64,000 nucleotides of DNA from NCBI GenBank assembly GCA_965227515.1, contig CBDDFZ010000001.1, forward strand, positions 2,016,001 through 2,080,000, read 5' to 3'. Shown in pieces: positions 57,223-64,000 of this stretch. Position 1 is the stretch's first letter. Every line of letters begins with the position of its first letter. The notes under the pieces were generated by a model. It saw nothing but the letters and a program-made list of their open reading frames with translations. It did no database searches and had not been told where the DNA came from. A program made the position numbers and the translations under genes. This DNA comes from Alphaproteobacteria bacterium (GTDB lineage Bacteria > Pseudomonadota > Alphaproteobacteria > CALKHQ01).

Positions 57223-60200
57223 ATGTCAGATCGGTTAGGCGGCGAAGGCGGCAATTTCCACGGGACGTTCAGGTTCGACGGTGCTCCGTCGGAGGACTGG
57301 ACGCATGCTATCGCGATTTCGCGCGACCACGGGCGCACCGGTCCCGGCCACCGGCCCCTGAGCAATGACACGGGCGGCGGCGGCGGGCCCGACATTCCGG
57401 TCACCGACCCGACCGGCCACGTCATGTCCGCGCTCAGCGGCGCGGGCTGGCTTTGGTACCGCGACATGGACGTCAAGCCCGATGCGGCGGAGACGCAGGG
57501 TGCCGTCGTCCAGGATGTCGAGGTGCCGGTTGCGGGCGACGTCGACTCACGAGCGGCGACGGTGGACCGGCTTCCCGATGACGGTGAGGCTGCATCCCGG
57601 CCCGGCGGCCCGGCGTTCAGCATCGCTGACGGGCCGGAGGCGTTCGGTGGGCTTTCGCTGACCTCCGGCACGCGCGACGCATCCGGGGGCGGCGCTTCGT
57701 CCGGCGATGCACAGCGTGCGTTCTCGCGCCAAGAGCCGTCCCAGGCGGAGCCCGTGTCCGGGACTGGTGACGATCTGGTTGCGCAGCCGCGTGCCGCCGG
57801 CACGACGTCGGCAACATCTTCAAGTGGCGACGATGCGGCAGCCGACCCCGGTTCGACGACGGGGTCTGGCGGTGCCGGGAACATCCATGCGCCGACCGAC
57901 ATGGACCTCAGCGCCAACTCGATCGCCGAGGATGCGGCCGGCGGTACCGTGGTCGGCACGCTCTCCGCGACCGATGCCGACAGCGGCAACGTGTTCACCT
58001 ACACGCTGACCGGCGGGGCCACCGACACCTTCGAGATCGTCGGCGACGAGTTGCGCCTGAAGACCGGTGCGTCGTTGGATTACGAGACCGCCACGTCCCA
58101 TCCGGTGACGGTGACCGTCGATGACGGCAACGGCAACACCTACCAGGAGGCGTTCACCGTCAACGTCACCGACGTCAACGACAACGCCCAGGTGTTCACC
58201 TCGGGGTCGAGCGCGTCGGCGGCCGAGAACGTGTCCGACAGCGCGGTGATCTACACGGCCACGACGACGGACGTCGACACCACTGGCGAGGCGATCACCT
58301 ACTCGCTGGTCGACGACGCCGGCGGGCTGTTCGAGATCGACGCCTCGACGGGTGAGGTGACCCTCGCCACCGGTCAGTCGCTCGACTACGAGACCGCGAC
58401 CTCGCACAACATCACCGTCCGCTCGACCGACGGCACCAACTCGACCGACCAGGCGGTCACCATCAACGTCACCGATGTCAACGACACCGCGGCGACGGAT
58501 ATGGACCTCAGCGCCAACAGCATCGCCGAGGATGCGGCCGGCGGCACGGTGGTCGGCACGCTCTCCGCGACCGACGCCGACAGCGGCAACGTGTTCACCT
58601 ACACGCTCACCGGCGGGGCCACCGACACCTTCGAGATCGTCGGCGACGAGCTGCGCCTGAAGACGGGCGCCAGCCTCGACTACGAGACCGCCACGTCCCA
58701 TCCGGTGACGGTGACCGTCGATGACGGCAACGGCAACACCTACCAGGAGGCGTTCACCGTCAACGTCACCGACGTCAACGACAACGCCCAGGTCTTCACG
58801 TCTGGCTCCAGTGCAAGCGCGGCGGAGAACGTCAGCGACAGTGCGGTTCTTTACACGGCTACGACGACGGATGTGGACACCACCGGCGAGGCGATCACCT
58901 ACAGCCTCGTCGACGATGCCGGCGGGCTGTTCGAGATCGACGCTTCGACGGGTGAGGTCACGCTGGCCACCGGCCAGTCCCTCGACTACGAGACCGCGAC
59001 CTCGCACTCGATCACCGTCCGCTCCACCGACGGCACCAACAGCACCGACCAGGCGGTCACCATCAACGTCACCGATGTCAACGACACCGCGGCGACGGAT
59101 ATGGATCTCAGCGCCAACTCGATCGCCGAGGACGCGGCCGGCGGGACCGTGGTCGGCACCCTCAGTGCGACCGATGCCGACACCGGCAATGTGTTCACCT
59201 ACACGCTCACCGGCGGCGCCACCGATACCTTCGAGATCGTCGGCGACGAGCTGCGCCTGAAGACGGGCGCCAGCCTCGACTACGAGACCGCCACGTCTCA
59301 TCCGGTGACGGTCACCGTCGACGACGGCAACGGCAACACCTATCAGGAGGCGTTCACCGTCAACGTCACCGACGTCAACGACAACGCCCAGGTCTTCACG
59401 TCTGGCTCCAGTGCAAGCGCGGCGGAGAACGTCAGCGACAGTGCGGTTCTTTACACGGCTACGACGACGGATGTGGACACCACCGGCGAGGCGATCACCT
59501 ACAGCCTCGTCGACGATGCCGGCGGGCTGTTCGAGATCGACGCTTCGACGGGTGAGGTCACGCTGGCCACCGGCCAGTCCCTCGACTACGAGACCGCGAC
59601 CTCGCATTCGATCACCGTCCGCTCGACCGACGGCACCAACAGCACCGACCAGGCGGTCACCATCAACGTCACCGATGTCAACGACACCGCGGCGACGGAT
59701 ATGGACCTCAGCGCCAACAGCATCGCCGAGGACGCGGCGGGCGGTACCGTGGTCGGTACGCTCAGTGCGACCGACGCCGACACCGGCAACGTGTTCACCT
59801 ACACGCTCACCGGCGGCGCCACCGACACCTTCGAGATCGTCGGCGACGAGCTCAGGCTGAAGACGGGCGCGTCATTGGATTATGAGACCGCGACCTCGCA
59901 CCCGGTGACGGTCACCGTCGACGACGGCAACGGCAACACCTATCAGGAGGCGTTCACCGTCAACGTCACCGACGTCAACGACAACGCCCAGGTGTTTACA
60001 TCGGGGTCGAGCGCGTCGGCGGCCGAGAACGTGTCCGACAGCGCGGTCATCTACACCGCCACGACGACGGATGTGGACACCACCGGCGAGGCGATCACCT
60101 ACAGCCTCGTGGACGATGCCGGCGGGCTGTTCGAGATCGACGCCTCGACCGGTGAGGTGACCTTGGTCACCGGCCAGTCCCTCGACTACGAGACCGCGAC

Positions 60201-63200
60201 CTCGCACTCGATCACCGTCCGCTCGACCGACGGCACCAACTCGACCGACCAGGCGGTCACCATCAACGTCACCGATGTCAACGACACCGCGGCGACGGAT
60301 ATGGATCTGTCGGCGAACAGCATCGCCGAGGATGCGGCCGGCGGTACCGTGGTCGGCACGCTCTCCGCGACCGATGCCGACAGCGGCAACGTGTTCACCT
60401 ACACGCTGACCGGCGGGGCCACCGACACCTTCGAGATCGTCGGCGACGAGTTGCGCCTGAAGACCGGTGCGTCGTTGGATTACGAGACCGCCACGTCCCA
60501 TCCGGTGACGGTGACCGTCGATGACGGCAACGGCAACACCTACCAGGAGGCGTTCACCGTCAACGTCACCGACGTCAACGACAACGCCCAGGTGTTCACC
60601 TCGGGGTCGAGCGCGTCGGCGGCCGAGAACGTGTCCGACAGCGCGGTGATCTACACGGCCACGACGACGGACGTCGACACCACTGGCGAGGCGATCACCT
60701 ACTCGCTGGTCGACGACGCCGGCGGGCTGTTCGAGATCGACGCCTCGACGGGTGAGGTGACCCTCGCCACCGGTCAGTCGCTCGACTACGAGACCGCGAC
60801 CTCGCACAACATCACCGTCCGCTCCACCGACGGCACCAACTCGACCGACCAGGCGGTCACCATCAACGTCACCGATGTCAACGACACCGCGGCGACGGAT
60901 ATGGACCTCAGCGCCAACAGCATCGCCGAGGATGCGGCCGGCGGAACTGCCGTGGGCACGCTCTCCGCGACCGACGCCGACAGCGGCAACGTGTTCACCT
61001 ACACGCTGACCGGCGGGGCCACCGACACCTTCGAGATCGTCGGCGACGAGCTCAGGCTGAAGACCGGTGCGTCATTGGATTACGAGACCGCCACCTCGCA
61101 CCCGGTGACAGTCACCGTCGACGACGGCAACGGCAACACCTACCAGGAGGCGTTCACCGTCAACGTCACCGATGTCAACGACAACGCCCAGGTGTTTACA
61201 TCGGGCAGCTCGGCCAGCGCGGCGGAGAACGTGAGTGACTCGGCGGTGATCTACACGGCCACGACGACGGACGTCGACACCACTGGCGAGGCGATCACCT
61301 ACTCGCTGGTCGACGACGCCGGCGGGCTGTTCGAGATCGACGCCTCGACGGGTGAGGTGACCCTCGCCACCGGTCAGTCGCTCGACTACGAGACCGCGAC
61401 CTCGCACAACATCACCGTCCGCTCGACCGACGGCACCAACTCGACCGACCAGGCGGTCACCATCAACGTCACCGATGTCAACGACACCGCGGCGACGGAT
61501 ATGGATCTCAGCGCCAACTCGATCGCCGAGGACGCGGCCGGCGGGACCGTGGTCGGCACCCTCAGTGCGACCGATGCCGACACCGGCAATGTGTTCACCT
61601 ACACGCTCACCGGCGGCGCCACCGATACCTTCGAGATCGTCGGCGACGAGCTGCGCCTGAAGACGGGCGCCAGCCTCGACTACGAGACCGCCACGTCTCA
61701 TCCGGTGACGGTCACCGTCGACGACGGCAACGGCAACACCTATCAGGAGGCGTTCACCGTCAACGTCACCGACGTCAACGACAACGCCCAGGTCTTCACG
61801 TCTGGCTCCAGTGCAAGCGCGGCGGAGAACGTCAGCGACAGCGCGGTCATCTACACCGCGACCACCACCGATGTGGACACCACTGGCGAGGCGATCACCT
61901 ACAGCCTCGTCGACGACGCCGGCGGGCTGTTCGAGATCGACGCCTCGACGGGTGAGGTGACCCTCGCCACCGGTCAGTCGCTCGACTACGAGACCGCGAC
62001 CTCGCATTCGATCACCGTCCGCTCGACCGACGGCACCAACAGCACCGACCAGGCGGTCACCATCAACGTCACCGATGTCAACGACACCGCGGCGACGGAT
62101 ATGGACCTCAGCGCCAACAGCATCGCCGAGGACGCGGCGGGCGGTACCGTGGTCGGTACGCTCAGTGCGACCGACGCCGACACCGGCAACGTGTTCACCT
62201 ACACGCTGACCGGCGGCGCCACCGACACCTTCGAGATCGTCGGCGACGAGCTCAGGCTGAAGACGGGCGCGTCATTGGATTATGAGACCGCGACCTCGCA
62301 CCCGGTGACGGTCACCGTCGACGACGGCAACGGCAACACCTATCAGGAGGCGTTCACCGTCAACGTCACCGACGTCAACGACAACGCCCAGGTGTTTACA
62401 TCGGGGTCGAGCGCGTCGGCGGCCGAGAACGTGTCCGACAGCGCGGTCATCTACACCGCCACGACGACGGATGTGGACACCACCGGCGAGGCGATCACCT
62501 ACAGCCTCGTGGACGATGCCGGCGGGCTGTTCGAGATCGACGCCTCGACCGGTGAGGTGACCTTGGTCACCGGCCAGTCCCTCGACTACGAGACCGCGAC
62601 CTCGCACTCGATCACCGTCCGCTCGACCGACGGCACCAACTCGACCGACCAGGCGGTCACCATCAACGTCACCGATGTCAACGACACCGCGGCGACGGAT
62701 ATGGATCTGTCGGCGAACAGCATCGCCGAGGATGCGGCCGGCGGTACCGTGGTCGGCACGCTCTCCGCGACCGATGCCGACAGCGGCAACGTGTTCACCT
62801 ACACGCTGACCGGCGGGGCCACCGACACCTTCGAGATCGTCGGCGACGAGTTGCGCCTGAAGACCGGCGCGTCATTGGATTATGAGACCGCGACCTCGCA
62901 CCCGGTGACGGTGACCGTCGACGACGGCAACGGCAACACCTACCAGGAGGCGTTCACCGTCAACGTCACCGATGTCAACGACAACGCCCAGGTGTTTACA
63001 TCGGGGTCGAGCGCGTCGGCGGCCGAGAACGTGAGTGACTCGGCGGTCATCTACACCGCGACCACGACGGACGTGGACACCACCGGCGAGGCGATCACCT
63101 ATTCGCTGGTGGACGACGCCGGCGGGCTGTTCGAGATCGACGCCTCGACCGGCGAGGTCACCCTCGCCACCGGCCAGTCCCTCGACTACGAGACGGCCAC

Positions 63201-64000
63201 GTCGCACAACATCACCGTCCGCTCGACCGACGGCACCAACTCGACCGACCAGGCGGTCACCATCAACGTCACCGATGTCAACGACACCGCGGCGACGGAT
63301 ATGGATCTGTCGGCGAACAGCATCGCCGAGGACGCGGCCGGCGGTACCGTGGTCGGTACCTTGAGCGCGACCGATGCCGATACCGGCAACGTGTTCACCT
63401 ACACGCTCACCGGCGGCGCCACCGACACCTTCGAGATCGTCGGCGACGAGCTGCGCTTGAAGACCGGCGCCAGCCTCGACTACGAGACCGCCACGTCGCA
63501 CCCGGTGACGGTGACCGTCGACGACGGCAACGGCAACACCTATCAGGAAGCGTTCACCGTCAACGTCACCGATGTCAACGACAACGCCCAGGTGTTCACC
63601 TCGGGGTCGAGCGCGTCGGCGGCCGAGAACGTCAGCGACAGCGCGGTCATCTACACCGCGACCACCACCGATGTGGACACCACCGGCGAGGCGATCACCT
63701 ACAGCCTCGTGGACGATGCCGGCGGGCTGTTCGAGATCGATGCCTCGACCGGCGAGGTCACCTTGGCCACCGGCCAGTCCCTCGACTACGAGACCGCGAC
63801 CTCGCACAACATCACCGTCCGCTCGACCGACGGCACCAACAGCACCGACCAGGCGGTCACCATCAACGTCACCGATGTCAACGACACCGCGGCGACGGAT
63901 ATGGACCTCAGCGCCAACAGCATTGCCGAGGATGCGGCCGGCGGTACCGTGGTCGGCACGCTCAGTGCGACCGATGCCGACAGCGGCAATGTGTTCACCT
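57223..64000 (+). CDS. Giant cadherin-repeat adhesin (5' part; runs off the window)
   Basis: Open frame from ATG 57223 (or 57202) to the window end; repeats carry the cadherin Ca motifs E, DxD, LDYE and DVNDN. Confidence 0.92.
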   Translation, partial: MSDRLGGEGGNFHGTFRFDGAPSEDWTHAIAISRDHGRTGPGHRPLSNDTGGGGGPDIPVTDPTGHVMSALSGAGWLWYRDMDVKPDAAETQGAVVQDVEVPVAGDVDSRAATVDRLPDDGEAASRPGGPAFSIADGPEAFGGLSLTSGTRDASGGGASSGDAQRAFSRQEPSQAEPVSGTGDDLVAQPRAAGTTSATSSSGDDAAADPGSTTGSGGAGNIHAPTDMDLSANSIAEDAAGGTVVGTLSATDADSGNVFTYTLTGGATDTFEIVGDELRLKTGASLDYETATSHPVTVTVDDGNGNTYQEAFTVNVTDVNDNAQVFTSGSSASAAENVSDSAVIYTATTTDVDTTGEAITYSLVDDAGGLFEIDASTGEVTLATGQSLDYETATSHNITVRSTDGTNSTDQAVTINVTDVNDTAATDMDLSANSIAEDAAGGTVVGTLSATDADSGNVFTYTLTGGATDTFEIVGDELRLKTGASLDYETATSHPVTVTVDDGNGNTYQEAFTVNVTDVNDNAQVFTSGSSASAAENVSDSAVLYTATTTDVDTTGEAITYSLVDDAGGLFEIDASTGEVTLATGQSLDYETATSHSITVRSTDGTNSTDQAVTINVTDVNDTAATDMDLSANSIAEDAAGGTVVGTLSATDADTGNVFTYTLTGGATDTFEIVGDELRLKTGASLDYETATSHPVTVTVDDGNGNTYQEAFTVNVTDVNDNAQVFTSGSSASAAENVSDSAVLYTATTTDVDTTGEAITYSLVDDAGGLFEIDASTGEVTLATGQSLDYETATSHSITVRSTDGTNSTDQAVTINVTDVNDTAATDMDLSANSIAEDAAGGTVVGTLSATDADTGNVFTYTLTGGATDTFEIVGDELRLKTGASLDYETATSHPVTVTVDDGNGNTYQEAFTVNVTDVNDNAQVFTSGSSASAAENVSDSAVIYTATTTDVDTTGEAITYSLVDDAGGLFEIDASTGEVTLVTGQSLDYETATSHSITVRSTDGTNSTDQAVTINVTDVNDTAATDMDLSANSIAEDAAGGTVVGTLSATDADSGNVFTYTLTGGATDTFEIVGDELRLKTGASLDYETATSHPVTVTVDDGNGNTYQEAFTVNVTDVNDNAQVFTSGSSASAAENVSDSAVIYTATTTDVDTTGEAITYSLVDDAGGLFEIDASTGEVTLATGQSLDYETATSHNITVRSTDGTNSTDQAVTINVTDVNDTAATDMDLSANSIAEDAAGGTAVGTLSATDADSGNVFTYTLTGGATDTFEIVGDELRLKTGASLDYETATSHPVTVTVDDGNGNTYQEAFTVNVTDVNDNAQVFTSGSSASAAENVSDSAVIYTATTTDVDTTGEAITYSLVDDAGGLFEIDASTGEVTLATGQSLDYETATSHNITVRSTDGTNSTDQAVTINVTDVNDTAATDMDLSANSIAEDAAGGTVVGTLSATDADTGNVFTYTLTGGATDTFEIVGDELRLKTGASLDYETATSHPVTVTVDDGNGNTYQEAFTVNVTDVNDNAQVFTSGSSASAAENVSDSAVIYTATTTDVDTTGEAITYSLVDDAGGLFEIDASTGEVTLATGQSLDYETATSHSITVRSTDGTNSTDQAVTINVTDVNDTAATDMDLSANSIAEDAAGGTVVGTLSATDADTGNVFTYTLTGGATDTFEIVGDELRLKTGASLDYETATSHPVTVTVDDGNGNTYQEAFTVNVTDVNDNAQVFTSGSSASAAENVSDSAVIYTATTTDVDTTGEAITYSLVDDAGGLFEIDASTGEVTLVTGQSLDYETATSHSITVRSTDGTNSTDQAVTINVTDVNDTAATDMDLSANSIAEDAAGGTVVGTLSATDADSGNVFTYTLTGGATDTFEIVGDELRLKTGASLDYETATSHPVTVTVDDGNGNTYQEAFTVNVTDVNDNAQVFTSGSSASAAENVSDSAVIYTATTTDVDTTGEAITYSLVDDAGGLFEIDASTGEVTLATGQSLDYETATSHNITVRSTDGTNSTDQAVTINVTDVNDTAATDMDLSANSIAEDAAGGTVVGTLSATDADTGNVFTYTLTGGATDTFEIVGDELRLKTGASLDYETATSHPVTVTVDDGNGNTYQEAFTVNVTDVNDNAQVFTSGSSASAAENVSDSAVIYTATTTDVDTTGEAITYSLVDDAGGLFEIDASTGEVTLATGQSLDYETATSHNITVRSTDGTNSTDQAVTINVTDVNDTAATDMDLSANSIAEDAAGGTVVGTLSATDADSGNVFT
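57901..64000 (+). repeat. Exact 600-bp tandem repeat (10 full units plus a partial one), each encoding two cadherin domains
   Basis: Units start at 57901, 58501, ... 63901 with ATGGAYCT; differences are almost all synonymous. Confidence 0.97.

Noticed and set aside
57901-64000. Regular repeat array as CRISPR, or the repeated 70-aa minus-strand ORFs as genes
   Set aside because: There are no unique spacers. Units are an in-frame 600-bp coding repeat with synonymous variation on the plus strand, and the minus-strand ORFs are its antisense shadows.

Overview
High-GC alphaproteobacterial chromosome segment (Rhodospirillales-like; inferred from GC content and the hflK-hflC-degP/mrp and hemF-trmL gene order). 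It holds housekeeping and metabolic genes (hemF, trmL, ppx, sugar and amino-acid ABC transporters, iolE/iolD/iolG plus aldehyde dehydrogenase, aldolase and other dehydrogenases, hflKC-degP, mrp, frmA), two class III adenylate cyclases, four RTX Ca-binding proteins, and the 5' part of a giant cadherin-repeat adhesin that the ORF track misses (57223 to the window end). Mobile DNA is dense: a Y1/RAYT transposase bounded by 23-bp inverted repeats, an IS630, an IS5, an IS110, GTAG- and CGTC-type REP doublets, and a ~130-bp MITE in three copies. The main finding is the IS110 element (27180-28599). It sits exactly in the CT of a GTAG-REP end, and its downstream non-coding region contains four short segments matching the REP target and the element's own circle junction, in the order and polarity of a bridge RNA. 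It lies in a REP-punctuated, cassette-like stretch of small accessory genes. All calls were made by eye from the sequence and the ORF track; no database searches were run.
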